Below the pieces are notes generated by a model. That model saw only the letters and a program-made list of their open reading frames with translations, was not told the origin of the DNA and did not search any database. Positions 38,784-47,996 of a stretch of 64,000 nt of DNA are shown one piece after another. Numbering within the stretch: the stretch's first letter is position 1; each line of letters opens with the position of its first letter. Where the stretch lies: contig JBBIQV010000013.1 in NCBI GenBank assembly GCA_037442105.1, positions 1 through 64,000 of the forward strand. The letters are read 5' to 3'. The stretch comes from Nitrospiraceae bacterium (GTDB lineage: Bacteria > Nitrospirota > Nitrospiria > Nitrospirales > Nitrospiraceae). The position numbers and the translations under genes were made by a program.

Positions 38784-38969
38784 ATGGAACCTGCCAGGAA
38801 ACAAGAGTACTGGGGTACAGTCAGAGAGCTGGACTATCAATCAGACTCTGAAGAAGAGCGGGAGATACAGGAATGGGAGACGAAGCTGGGGAAGATCATT
38901 TTTTATCTCACATGCGCTCTCAGCATCTGGTTCTTCTACTGGTTGAACGGCATTCAATGTCCATGTTGA
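38784..38969 (+). CDS. Small membrane protein ending in CPC (61 aa)
   Basis: AGGAGG RBS; acidic N-terminus, TM IIFYLTCALSIWFFYWL, then NGIQCPC*. Confidence 0.75.
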   Translation: MEPARKQEYWGTVRELDYQSDSEEEREIQEWETKLGKIIFYLTCALSIWFFYWLNGIQCPC

Positions 38970-39062
38970 ACACCGCCCTCGCGCGATTCATGGCGATTCG
39001 CCGCCCAATCAACATGGTGAACAGCCGTTCGCGAGCCCAAAGTAGCTGAGAGCCCTTCGCCG

Positions 39063-39551
39063 TCAGCTATTCGCCTCTTGGCGGCCGCAGCAGGACTGAT
39101 AGCGCTCTTCCGGGATATCTTTCATATCCGCGAACACCTTGTTCCGTTCCGTTTGATCGAGCACTTGATCGATCCCCGGATAGAGCACGCGCTCTTCTTT
39201 GAGATTATGGGCTTCGAGCAGCCGGAGCAGGTCTCGCTCTTCTCCGTCGCTGTTGGGATTCAGGTCTTGCACTTTCTTGTGAACGGCTTCGAGACACTCG
39301 TGGATCTGCTGGTGCTCCATCCGCATGACAGCCGTGGGTCCGCCCTCCACCATCCCGGTCTTCTGCTCCCATAGGGGAAACAGGATTTCTTCTTCCCACA
39401 CAATGTGCCGCTGCAGACCGACCTTGAACTCCTTGAACGCTGCTTTGGCTTTTGTAAAGTCCCTGCGTTTCTCTGCTTGAAACGTGCCAAACAAGGCATC
39501 CAGTCGGTCATGATCCTCTTCGAAAACGGCGCTGATTGATGGCTGTTGCAT
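39063..39551 (-). CDS. Hemerythrin/HHE-domain protein
   Basis: DHDRLD, RHIVWEE..LFP, EHQQI and HNLKEERVLYP motifs. Confidence 0.92.
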   Translation of the reverse strand: MQQPSISAVFEEDHDRLDALFGTFQAEKRRDFTKAKAAFKEFKVGLQRHIVWEEEILFPLWEQKTGMVEGGPTAVMRMEHQQIHECLEAVHKKVQDLNPNSDGEERDLLRLLEAHNLKEERVLYPGIDQVLDQTERNKVFADMKDIPEERYQSCCGRQEANS

Positions 39552-39622
39552 AATGCGCTCCTCTGTTGTGAATGTTGCAGCTTAACCCGGAGTCGAGCCG
39601 ACCCTCCCTCTTGCTTATCCGC

Positions 39623-40561
39623 TCATTGGCCCACCCGCATCCAATAGGCTGTCACCCGGTCTTGAATGTGTTTGATGGCTTCATCCTGACGGATCGGTTC
39701 GAACAGATGCCTGAACCGCCCCTGCAACTTGAGATACTCTTCCACGGGACGAAGCTTCGGAACATAGGTGTGAGCGACATCTCCGTTGATCGCTTCCTTC
39801 AGTGGCCATAGCCCGGACTCCACTGCTAGCTTGGCGACCTCCGATGTCTGCGCCGGATCATAGACCCATCCCGTGGGACAAGCAGAAAACGCGAGAAAGA
39901 GTTTCGGCCCTTTGAACTTGCCCGCCCGTGCGAATTTTTCCTCCAGATCCAGTGGGTATCGCGGCGACACTGTCGCGACGTACGGCGGCCGATGCGCACG
40001 CCAGATCTCGAAGATGTCCTTTTTCTCCTGCACCGCTCCTGCGGGATGCCGCACGCTGCAAGGCGAGGTGCTCGTTCTGGCTCCGTACGGCGTAGCGGGG
40101 GAGAGTTGGGCCCCCGTGTTACCATAGGCCTCGTTGTCATAACAGAAGTAGTAGAAGTCGAGCCCGCGGGATATGGCGCCGGAGGTCGAGGATAACGCCA
40201 TGTTATACGTTGAGCCGTCGCCCCCCAGTACCACAATTATCACATCCTCTTCCCGCGGAAGCCGTCCTTTGGCCATCAACACATCGAGCGCGTCGCGCAC
40301 GCCCTGCGCACCAGCGGGAGCCGAGCCCATCGTCGTGTAGAGCCAAGACGCGTTAAGCGGCGTGAAGGGATACGCTGCGAGTAACGTAAAGCAACCGGCA
40401 GCGTTGACGTAGACGACCTTGTCGCCCAGCACCTTGGCAGCCAACCTCAAGGATTCGAGCCCGCCGCAGCCGGCGCACAGGCTGGTCCCCGGCAACACAT
40501 GTTCTTCGCGGGGAATCTGCTTGATCTTCTTGAACGTCTCGCGCTGCCACATGGCCATCAT
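39623..40561 (-). CDS. porB: 2-oxoacid:ferredoxin oxidoreductase beta subunit
   Basis: LCAGCG, GGDG, YDNEAYGNTGAQ.S and CPTGW motifs. Confidence 0.93.
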   Translation of the reverse strand: MMAMWQRETFKKIKQIPREEHVLPGTSLCAGCGGLESLRLAAKVLGDKVVYVNAAGCFTLLAAYPFTPLNASWLYTTMGSAPAGAQGVRDALDVLMAKGRLPREEDVIIVVLGGDGSTYNMALSSTSGAISRGLDFYYFCYDNEAYGNTGAQLSPATPYGARTSTSPCSVRHPAGAVQEKKDIFEIWRAHRPPYVATVSPRYPLDLEEKFARAGKFKGPKLFLAFSACPTGWVYDPAQTSEVAKLAVESGLWPLKEAINGDVAHTYVPKLRPVEEYLKLQGRFRHLFEPIRQDEAIKHIQDRVTAYWMRVGQ

Positions 40562-40571
40562 TGCCCGTGAG

Positions 40572-41801
40572 TCACGTTCTGAATTCTGTCGCGAGGTACT
40601 GCAACTGTTCCATTTCCCCTCGCTCAGCTTGGGTATAAAGCAGCACCGGTCCGATCCCGCGTCCTCGGTCCCCGGCTTCAGCCGTCATGGCAAACACTTG
40701 CGCAAACTCTCCTTCCGAGATGTCTTTTCCTCCGAGCCCGCCGATGAACGAACACATCGCCCGTGGGCGGTCCGGCTCGTGATAGAGGCTGGCGGTCAGT
40801 TCTTGGAAGAGAATGCCGCCGAGGCCCGGCGCCAGATTCTGATCGAGGACGGCCACAGCCCGCCGCCCGCGCAACGTCCGAGCAATGATCTCTCCCGGCC
40901 AGGGACGGATCATGCGCAATCGCAGCAGTCCCACGCGCTTGCCTCGCGTACGCGCTGCATCCACAGCGGCTTTCCCCTTGGTCGCAAAAGTGTTGCTCAT
41001 CACGAGCACCTCTTCAGCATCATCCAACTGGTACTCCTCGATCAAGCCATAGCGGCGTCCGAATATGCGCTCGAAATCCGCCGCCGCTTCTTGATGGACT
41101 TGGAGCGCATTACGGGCGGCAAGATGCATCTGGTGGCGGAAATAGCTGTAGACTTGGCCGCCGAGCACCGCCACCCCTTGGGCGTGGGGAGCGGAGGCTT
41201 TGAATCCAAGATGGGCCGGACGGAACGGCGGGAGGAAGGCCCGCACCTGTTCCGGATCGGGACGAGTCACCGGCTCGCGAGTGAAAGAGAGATAGAATCC
41301 ATCAAGATTCACCATGACGGGCAGGGAGACACGCGGGTCCTCGGCGATGCGATAGGCCATCAGGATCGAATCCAGCACTTCTTGACAGGTCTCGGTATGA
41401 ATCTGCAGAAATCCCGAATCGCGGGCCGACAACACGTCGTTGTGATCCGGCTCCAGCGTGATCGGCGAGGCCAAGGCCCGCGACACGTTCACCAGCACCA
41501 GCGGCACACGCCAACCGGCGACCGTGTAGAGCACTTCGAAGGCGTACAGCAGACCCTGGCTCGATGTGGCTGTGAACACACGCGCACCGGTTGCGGCAGC
41601 GGCGCCGGCCGCCGTCATCATGGAATGTTCAGAATCCAGCGTGACGAACCTGGCGGCCAGCTCACCGCTATCGCACCACTTGGACAGCGCCTCGACGATC
41701 TCCGTCTGCGGCGTGATAGGAAAGGCGGGGATATAATCGACCTCCGCAAGTCGCGCGCTCCAGGCAGCCGCCAGGTTTCCGGTCATCATCTCGCCCGTCA
41801 T
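40572..41801 (-). CDS. porA: 2-oxoacid:ferredoxin oxidoreductase alpha subunit
   Basis: AFPITPQTE, SEHS, TATSSQGL, DGFYLS and GGLGGKD motifs. Confidence 0.93.
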   Translation of the reverse strand: MTGEMMTGNLAAAWSARLAEVDYIPAFPITPQTEIVEALSKWCDSGELAARFVTLDSEHSMMTAAGAAAATGARVFTATSSQGLLYAFEVLYTVAGWRVPLVLVNVSRALASPITLEPDHNDVLSARDSGFLQIHTETCQEVLDSILMAYRIAEDPRVSLPVMVNLDGFYLSFTREPVTRPDPEQVRAFLPPFRPAHLGFKASAPHAQGVAVLGGQVYSYFRHQMHLAARNALQVHQEAAADFERIFGRRYGLIEEYQLDDAEEVLVMSNTFATKGKAAVDAARTRGKRVGLLRLRMIRPWPGEIIARTLRGRRAVAVLDQNLAPGLGGILFQELTASLYHEPDRPRAMCSFIGGLGGKDISEGEFAQVFAMTAEAGDRGRGIGPVLLYTQAERGEMEQLQYLATEFRT

Positions 41802-42703
41802 GCCTTCGCTCCTTGCGATTCCCGCTCCGCGAGCAGTGCATGGGTCGGGCACATCCCGACACAGTCCAGGCAGCCTTTGCAGTAATCGTAGTCGATGTCC
41901 GGCTTGCCGTCATCGCGGATCTTGATGACTCCTTCCGGACAATAGACAAAGCAGAGCCAGCAACCGTTGCACTTCTCCGGAATGAGCACCGGGCGGAAAG
42001 TCCGCCACGTGCCGGTCTTGCGGAGCGGTGCATTCGCACCGGCAGTGATCCGCGCGGTTCCTCGCGTCGGGGGCTCGTAAACCGGTGCCCACATGGCCGC
42101 TGTCTCTACCGTTTCGCGGGCGGCCTCGCGCACAGGCACAAGCAGGACCATGTCATAACAGCGCTCGGCCAACGTCTGACTCTGCTCGATCACGGTGCGG
42201 TCCAAGCCAAGATCGGCCAGTTCCCTTGCGACAGCCTCGCGGACCTGCACGATGCCCAACCCAAGCAGCCGCGCTGCCACGGCCCCGAGTGGCGCGCTCA
42301 ACGCATGAAGTTTATCGAATTGCCGGATGACCAGATCCGTCAGATCCAATGTCGTCACATGGCCGAGGATGGACGTCTCCGTAAAGAGCTGCTCCGGAGA
42401 CTTCACGCTATTCACAAACACCGCCGTATGATCCGTTACGCCCTCCAACACGCGAGCCGCTGGATCCGCCAGCAATGACTCGTCCGCTGCTACCACAAGA
42501 GCCGGTCGAGCGATCATGCCTCGCTCGCGAATCGGGTCTCGGCTGATCCGCGTAAAGGCCGCTACCGGAGCCCCTCGCCGTTCGGCTCCGTAGATCGGTG
42601 AGTCTTGAGCTTGATAGCCTGCCAAGAAGGCTGCCGTACCTACGATGCGGCTGGCCGTTTTTGCGCCTTGTCCGCCTCGTCCATGGAATCGGACGGCTAG
42701 CAT
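41798..42703 (-). CDS. porC: Fused gamma/delta subunit of 2-oxoacid:ferredoxin oxidoreductase
   Basis: RFHGRGGQG, YGAERRGAPV; C-terminal TGTWR..RP with two CxxCxxCxxxCP motifs. Confidence 0.92.
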   Translation of the reverse strand: MLAVRFHGRGGQGAKTASRIVGTAAFLAGYQAQDSPIYGAERRGAPVAAFTRISRDPIRERGMIARPALVVAADESLLADPAARVLEGVTDHTAVFVNSVKSPEQLFTETSILGHVTTLDLTDLVIRQFDKLHALSAPLGAVAARLLGLGIVQVREAVARELADLGLDRTVIEQSQTLAERCYDMVLLVPVREAARETVETAAMWAPVYEPPTRGTARITAGANAPLRKTGTWRTFRPVLIPEKCNGCWLCFVYCPEGVIKIRDDGKPDIDYDYCKGCLDCVGMCPTHALLAERESQGAKA

Positions 42704-42707
42704 GCTC

Positions 42708-43064
42708 TTACTTCCTCAACGCCGCTTGAAACTCCCTCGCCTGAGCGCAGGACATACATACCGCCGCCGCCGGAAGCGCTTCCAGCCTGGAAAGCGGGAT
42801 CTCCTTCCCGCAATCTTCACACCGTCCATATTGGCCGGTCTCGATCTTCACCAATGCGCGGTCGATAGCCTCGATTTCCGCCTTTAACCTGGTATCCATG
42901 CGGTCGAAGAACTGAATCATTTTCTCATCCTGCCCGCGCTCTTCCATTTCGCGTTCGGCATCGGTTTCCAGCCACAGGAGGTCTTCTTCCGTGGACGCCG
43001 CTTCCCGAAAAAGCTCGCGACGCTGCCCTAACAGCTTCTTGCGCAAATCATCGAGTGGAAGCAT
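42708..43064 (-). CDS. TraR/DksA C4 zinc-finger protein
   Basis: IDRAL.KI..G.YGRCEDCG..I...RLEALP....CMSC. Confidence 0.92.
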   Translation of the reverse strand: MLPLDDLRKKLLGQRRELFREAASTEEDLLWLETDAEREMEERGQDEKMIQFFDRMDTRLKAEIEAIDRALVKIETGQYGRCEDCGKEIPLSRLEALPAAAVCMSCAQAREFQAALRK

Positions 43065-43100
43065 AGCCCTTCACCTCCAGCCTAATGAGAGACTGCCGGT

Positions 43101-43403
43101 CTACTTCACCAGCTCTTTCTTGAAGGCCTCCTTCCCGGCTTCAAAAACAGCCGCAACCATCGCCTTCTTTTCACCGAGAAACTCTTTGCTTCGCGCGATG
43201 GCCCCATCCAGTTCGGCCTGAATCTCTCCGGCCTTCTCCGCTAGCTCCTCCTCCGCTCTATGCGCATACCCCTTGATCGCCCGGCGGGTCTCTTCTCCCG
43301 ACCGTGGCGCCAACAGAATCCCGCCGATCACGCCCAAGAGCGCCCCGCCCAGAAATGCGTACGCAACCGTCATTGCCGAAATCCGCCCCTCCTGATGCGC
43401 CAT
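43101..43403 (-). CDS. YtxH-domain protein
   Basis: FLGGALLG...GILLAPRSGEETR motif. Confidence 0.9.
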   Translation of the reverse strand: MAHQEGRISAMTVAYAFLGGALLGVIGGILLAPRSGEETRRAIKGYAHRAEEELAEKAGEIQAELDGAIARSKEFLGEKKAMVAAVFEAGKEAFKKELVK

Positions 43404-43441
43404 GTTCCTCCCTCCCTTGCAAGTAAGTCTTACCGGATTAG

Positions 43442-43457
43442 AGCGAAGGATATGCCA
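43442..43457 (-). promoter_or_regulatory. Sigma54 -24/-12 promoter (ytxH-dksA-por-hemerythrin)
   Basis: TGGCATATCCTTCGCT = GG-N10-GC. Confidence 0.7.
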
Positions 43458-43549
43458 GAGAGTTCAGGTCAACCTAGTGCCCAGGGTCTGTGATTTGACG
43501 AGGACTTTGACGACGGCTGGTAAGAAGACTCATCTCGGAAGCGGGATGA

Positions 43550-43599
43550 TGGGGCATTCCAGAACTGATAGGCTAGCGATGCTGTCCCAAAAGGCGACA
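43550..43599. promoter_or_regulatory. Paired 17-bp enhancer-like palindromes
   Basis: TGGGGCATTCCAGAACT (43550-43566) and TGTCCCAAAAGGCGACA (43583-43599). Confidence 0.55.
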
Positions 43600-43701
43600 G
43601 GCCTAATTTCTTCCTGTTGGACCACTGCCGCAATGGCGACCCCCTCGAACGGAGACCAATTCTTCTACCAGCGGACCGAAAGGCTGTGGGCGAAGAAGCG
43701 G

Positions 43702-44091
43702 CTATCCGGTGAGTTGAATGGTCACCGCCGGCGGCACGGCGAGGGATTGATGGACCGTACAGCCATGCGCAACTTTCACCAATCGCTCGCGATGTTCCGG
43801 TCGAATGTGAGGAAGATGAATAGCGAGGTTGATCCGGCCGATTCGATGCGGATGTTCAGCCATCGCCCACTCCGCGTCCACGATCAGTTCCTCGCAGGGA
43901 ATCTGATGCCGCGCGCAATAGCGCCCGACAAAATATCCTACGCAACTTGCCAGCGAGCCGACAAACAGCTCGACGGGACTCATGCCGGCATCGTGACCAC
44001 CATCGGCGACCGGCTGATCGGTCACGATTCCGTGGGCTCCGCTGGCGACATCAAACCTGGTCCCGCCACGGAAGACGACGCTCAGCTTCAT
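43702..44091 (-). CDS. OsmC/YhfA-family protein
   Basis: DQP...GG.D.G.SPVEL...SLASC ... CTVHQSL (two Cys). Confidence 0.92.
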   Translation of the reverse strand: MKLSVVFRGGTRFDVASGAHGIVTDQPVADGGHDAGMSPVELFVGSLASCVGYFVGRYCARHQIPCEELIVDAEWAMAEHPHRIGRINLAIHLPHIRPEHRERLVKVAHGCTVHQSLAVPPAVTIQLTG

Positions 44092-44141
44092 GACATCCTC
44101 CTCCGGCTCAGTGCGCGAACGGCGCCCCCATCGTCATCACA

Positions 44142-44984
44142 TCAATACGGAGAATCCTGTGGCTTGCCGCCTTTCGGCCAGTCGTGGACTTTTCCCGGAA
44201 AATCCGGACGCGGCTGACTGTTGATATAGGCGGCCACATCGTACGCATCGTCGTCTGAAATCGACCACCCCCAGCCTCTTGGCATGTTCGCTTTGATGAA
44301 GGAGGCTGCCACGCTGACCCTCGCCATGCCGGCGCCGATGTTGTAGGACTGCGGCCCCCAGACGGGAGGAGCCGCCACGGTTCCCTGCCCATCAGAGCCG
44401 TGGCAGAAGACACACTTCGCCGCGAACACTTTTTTGCCGTTGGCGGGATCCGGTTGGCGGCTCGGGTTGATCCGTGGGATTCCTCTCCAGGGAATCTTGC
44501 TTCCCGGTGGAATACCCTGAGAGAGCCACTCGATGTATGCGACCACCGCCTGAAGCTTGGAACTATCCGGCGTGAGGAGTTTGCCGTTCATGCTGCGTTC
44601 AAAACATTCATTCACCCGATCGGCGAGGCTCATCTCTCGGCCGGCGCGTGCCCGATATTCCGGGTATACGACACCAAGTCCTACATATGACGCAGCATTC
44701 GGGTTGAGCCCTGCATCCAGATGGCAGTTCGCGCAGTTGAGCGCGTTCCCCACGTAGGGCTTGGCATATTCCTGGGTATTGACCACGATCTTGTACCCCA
44801 AGCGAACCTGTTCACCGCGTTGATCACCCGGAATCGTTTCCGGAGATGGCGGGGAAAAGACGGCATCAAGGGATGAAGATCGCCTTGAGTCGGCATGAGA
44901 TTCCTGTCGATCTTGTGCGCCCTGCCATCCGAAACAGCCACCGAGAAAGGCGATGGTGAGAAGGACGGGACCGAAACGACTCAT
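44142..44984 (-). CDS. tsdA: Diheme cytochrome c, thiosulfate dehydrogenase TsdA-like lipoprotein
   Basis: GNALNCANCH, RVNECFERSMNG (ligand/catalytic Cys), CVFCH, PPVWG..SYNIGAGM, ANMP; LGGC lipobox. Confidence 0.85.
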   Translation of the reverse strand: MSRFGPVLLTIAFLGGCFGWQGAQDRQESHADSRRSSSLDAVFSPPSPETIPGDQRGEQVRLGYKIVVNTQEYAKPYVGNALNCANCHLDAGLNPNAASYVGLGVVYPEYRARAGREMSLADRVNECFERSMNGKLLTPDSSKLQAVVAYIEWLSQGIPPGSKIPWRGIPRINPSRQPDPANGKKVFAAKCVFCHGSDGQGTVAAPPVWGPQSYNIGAGMARVSVAASFIKANMPRGWGWSISDDDAYDVAAYINSQPRPDFPGKVHDWPKGGKPQDSPY

Positions 44985-44996
44985 GCCGTTACCTTT

Positions 44997-45012
44997 TGCG
45001 ATCCATGTGCCA
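44997..45012 (-). promoter_or_regulatory. Sigma54-like -24/-12 site just upstream of tsdA
   Basis: TGGCACATGGATCGCA = GG-N10-GC; would give a near-leaderless transcript. Confidence 0.5.
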
Positions 45013-45038
45013 AGAACGGAAAGGATTCGGGACCCTTG

Positions 45039-46433
45039 TTATGAGCTTCGTTTCAGACTAAGCATGTAACTCGTCAAGTCGTTCAGTTGCTGATCGTTCA
45101 AGGGAAACTTCGGCATGAAGGAACCAGGCGACACCGACTGCGGATCGCGGAAATGACGCAGGTGCCATTCACGCTCGGACCTGGTGTCCCCAACGTACGA
45201 CAGATCGGGCCCCACCGCTCCGCCTTCCCCATGAATCCGATGACAGCCCGTGCAGCCGAACTGCGCAAGGAGCGCTTTACCTCTGGCCACGGCGGGGTCC
45301 GCACGAGGCACCGCATAGAGCTCGCGCAGTGAGACTCCCAGCAGGATAAACACCACCACGAGGAAGGCCGCCCCGGAAGCCAGGGCGACCGGGCGCTTCG
45401 TCGGATGGCGCGCGGGATTCCGGTCAATGAACGGCCAGAAGAACAACCCCAGGAAGAATAGCGCCGGCAGAATCCAGGTGGCCAGCGGCTCCAGCGGCCC
45501 GTGCACGTACTTTAGCAACTGGTAATAGAAGAGGAAATACCACTCGGGCACGGGCACGAAGCTGGTGTCGGAGGGATTAGCCTTGTCGGCCAGAGGGAAG
45601 GAAACGGCCAGGGCCAGCAGCGACACGGCGGCGAAGATGCCCAGCATGACCACCGCGTCCATGAACACCTGCCGGGGATAGAAGGGCTCGCTGACTCTCA
45701 CCCGCCGCTCGATCCATCCCGGGCTACCGGGTCCACGCTGTCCTTCTCGTGGCACGCTGCTCTCGCTCTTGCGGCGTTCGACTCCCCCGCGCCAGGGACC
45801 GGCCGGCCCTACCCGCCGGAGAACGAACAGGTGGAGCAGGATCAACACAGCCAGTGTGGCCGGCAGGAACAGCACGTGCACTGCGAAGAAGCGGGACAGG
45901 GTCATCGCGCCGAGCATCTCCCCACCCCGTAACACGGGGGCCAGCAGATCACCGACGACCGGCACCGTTCCGACCATGTTGATGCCGACCTGCGTGGCCC
46001 AGTAGGCGTTCTGATCCCAGGGCAGGAGGTAACCGGTGAACGCGAAGCTCAGGGTGATCAGGAACAGGACGACCCCGACCATCCACATTACTTCCCGGGG
46101 CGGTTTATAGGCCCCGTACAGAAACACCTGCAACATGTGGAGACCGATCGCCACCACCATGGCCGAAGCACCCCAATGATGGAGCCCGCGGACGAAGGCG
46201 CCGAAGGTCACTTGCGTTTCGATGAACTTGATGCTGTCGTAGGCATGATCCGGCGTAGGGGCGTAATAGATCGCCAGGAACATGCCGGTCACGGCCTGCA
46301 TCACGAACAGGAACAGGGTGGCCGAACCGAACACGTAGATCCAACTCGCGCCGCCGGGAATCGGCTCGTCGAGCAGAGTCTTTTCAATCGGCTTGAGTTT
46401 GAGTCGGCTGTCGAGCCAGTCGTAGAGTCGCAT
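45039..46433 (-). CDS. petB: Cytochrome b (bc complex) fused to a C-terminal cytochrome c
   Basis: RGLHHWGAS, FTGYLLPWDQ, RFFAVH, PEWY; C-terminal CTGCH and GSFMP. Confidence 0.93.
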   Translation of the reverse strand: MRLYDWLDSRLKLKPIEKTLLDEPIPGGASWIYVFGSATLFLFVMQAVTGMFLAIYYAPTPDHAYDSIKFIETQVTFGAFVRGLHHWGASAMVVAIGLHMLQVFLYGAYKPPREVMWMVGVVLFLITLSFAFTGYLLPWDQNAYWATQVGINMVGTVPVVGDLLAPVLRGGEMLGAMTLSRFFAVHVLFLPATLAVLILLHLFVLRRVGPAGPWRGGVERRKSESSVPREGQRGPGSPGWIERRVRVSEPFYPRQVFMDAVVMLGIFAAVSLLALAVSFPLADKANPSDTSFVPVPEWYFLFYYQLLKYVHGPLEPLATWILPALFFLGLFFWPFIDRNPARHPTKRPVALASGAAFLVVVFILLGVSLRELYAVPRADPAVARGKALLAQFGCTGCHRIHGEGGAVGPDLSYVGDTRSEREWHLRHFRDPQSVSPGSFMPKFPLNDQQLNDLTSYMLSLKRSS

Positions 46434-46446
46434 GAGTATTGCTGGC

Positions 46447-46528
46447 TAGAGGTAAAGGGTGAGGGGCGAGCGTAGAATCTTTCCCAAGACTTTTAACCTC
46501 TTGCCCCGCGCCTCTTGCCTCTTGCCTG
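46447..46528. repeat. Heptamer-periodic inverted repeat (GAGGNNN)n...(NNNCCTC)n
   Basis: AGAGGTAAAGGGTGAGGGGCGAG ... CCTCTTGCCCCGCGCCTCTTGCCTCTTGCCT. Confidence 0.6.
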
Positions 46529-46530
46529 TC

Positions 46531-47082
46531 TCACAGTTCCACCGCCGCCGCCAGTCCCGACTTGTATTCCTTGTACATCACCAGTAGGCGACCGTTTTCG
46601 ATCTTCACGGGCAGCCTGTCCAATCGTCGCGGGGCCGGGCCGGCCAGGACCGTTCCTGCCGCATCGTACACGCTCCCATGGCAGGGGCACTTGAATTTCC
46701 GGTCCCCTTCATCCCACCGGTAGCCGCAGCCGAGGTGCGTGCAGATGGGAGAAAAGACCGTCACCTGCCCGTCGGCCTGCTTAACCGCCCAGATGGCTTT
46801 ATGGGACTTGGTTTCCATCCAACCATCACGGATTGTCGTGACGTAGTCGAGTTGTTTCGGTTGACCGACCGGCAGATCATCCACGCCGCCGACATCAATC
46901 CAGGGCCGCTCCCGCCGCTTGAGTGCAGGCGAGACGACGTATCCCACCAAGGGAATCGCGAGCCCGAGCCCGATTAATCCCGATGCCAGGCCGATCATCC
47001 ACTGAAAAAATTTCCGGCGCGAGCCGACAGGAGTAGGCAATGCCGGCGCACCGCAGTCGGCGGGTTTTCCCTCTGTATTCAT
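46531..47082 (-). CDS. petA: Rieske iron-sulfur subunit
   Basis: Tat motif SRRKFF, TM helix, CTHLGC, CPCHGS.Y and GPAPRRL. Confidence 0.95.
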   Translation of the reverse strand: MNTEGKPADCGAPALPTPVGSRRKFFQWMIGLASGLIGLGLAIPLVGYVVSPALKRRERPWIDVGGVDDLPVGQPKQLDYVTTIRDGWMETKSHKAIWAVKQADGQVTVFSPICTHLGCGYRWDEGDRKFKCPCHGSVYDAAGTVLAGPAPRRLDRLPVKIENGRLLVMYKEYKSGLAAAVEL

Positions 47083-47882
47083 GGTATCCCCACAACGAGT
47101 TTGACGACATTGTGCACGATCAGCAGCAGACCAATTGTGATGGCCAGCCCGGCAAACGTCTTCGTTGTGCTCGCTGCCGACACGAACCGCCCCATTCTCG
47201 CCCCCAGGACCATTCCCATCGCTCCGCCGACCATCAGGAGCGCCAAAAGACGGCCATCCATTCCGCCGAACTGTACATGGCCCGCAAGCCCGGTGAGCGA
47301 GATAAACGCAATGATCAGAAGCGAGGTGCCTACCGCGACCCGAATCGGGAAGCCCAAGACCAGGGTGAGCGAGGGAACAATCACAAATCCTCCGCCGACG
47401 CCGAAGAATCCCGTCAGTACACCAACCGATGCACCGATACCACTCAGTTTCAGCACGCAGGCGCGCGGGAATCGGTCTGCACATTCCACCTGTGATTCGC
47501 TGCTGCTCGGTGACATATGCCCCCGCAACCACATTGCCACAGCCACGATCGCCATGAGCAGACCGAACAGCACAAGCGTAATCTCTGGCCGAACCAACAG
47601 ATGGAGATACGCACCGATCCAGGTCCCGATCGCTCCTGTAACGCTAAAAATCACTGCCGCTCGAACCTTCACCTCTCCAGTCCGTCGAAAGTCCAGCACC
47701 CCGATCAGCGCTGAAGTCCCGACAAGAGCCAATGACATGACGACGGCCTCGCGTACGCCTCTGCCGAGGACGTAGACCAGGAGTGGGATAGCCATCAGCG
47801 AGCCTCCGCCCCCCGTCATGCCCAACGATAGACCGACGAGTCCACCGGATAGGAGAGCCAGACTCCATTCCTCGATAAGCAT
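47079..47882 (-). CDS. TauE/SafE-family sulfite/sulfur-compound exporter
   Basis: GMTGGGGSLMAIP and GFFGVGGGFVIVP repeats, AVGTSL; about 8 TM helices. Confidence 0.92.
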   Translation of the reverse strand: MLIEEWSLALLSGGLVGLSLGMTGGGGSLMAIPLLVYVLGRGVREAVVMSLALVGTSALIGVLDFRRTGEVKVRAAVIFSVTGAIGTWIGAYLHLLVRPEITLVLFGLLMAIVAVAMWLRGHMSPSSSESQVECADRFPRACVLKLSGIGASVGVLTGFFGVGGGFVIVPSLTLVLGFPIRVAVGTSLLIIAFISLTGLAGHVQFGGMDGRLLALLMVGGAMGMVLGARMGRFVSAASTTKTFAGLAITIGLLLIVHNVVKLVVGIP

Positions 47883-47996
47883 CACGATCCCGCGCCCCTG
47901 CGCGATTTGTCTGGTGCGCCTCTCGCCGGCTGGTCTCGCAGATCCTCGCCATCAACGATACTCTTCGACCAATCGACTATTTGGTCCGATATCGGC

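Noticed and set aside
40419..41885. 488-aa plus-strand ORF
   Set aside because: Antisense shadow of porA, common in GC-rich DNA; no motifs
43402..44217. 271-aa plus-strand ORF
   Set aside because: Spans the promoter/enhancer region and is antisense to osmC; no recognisable features
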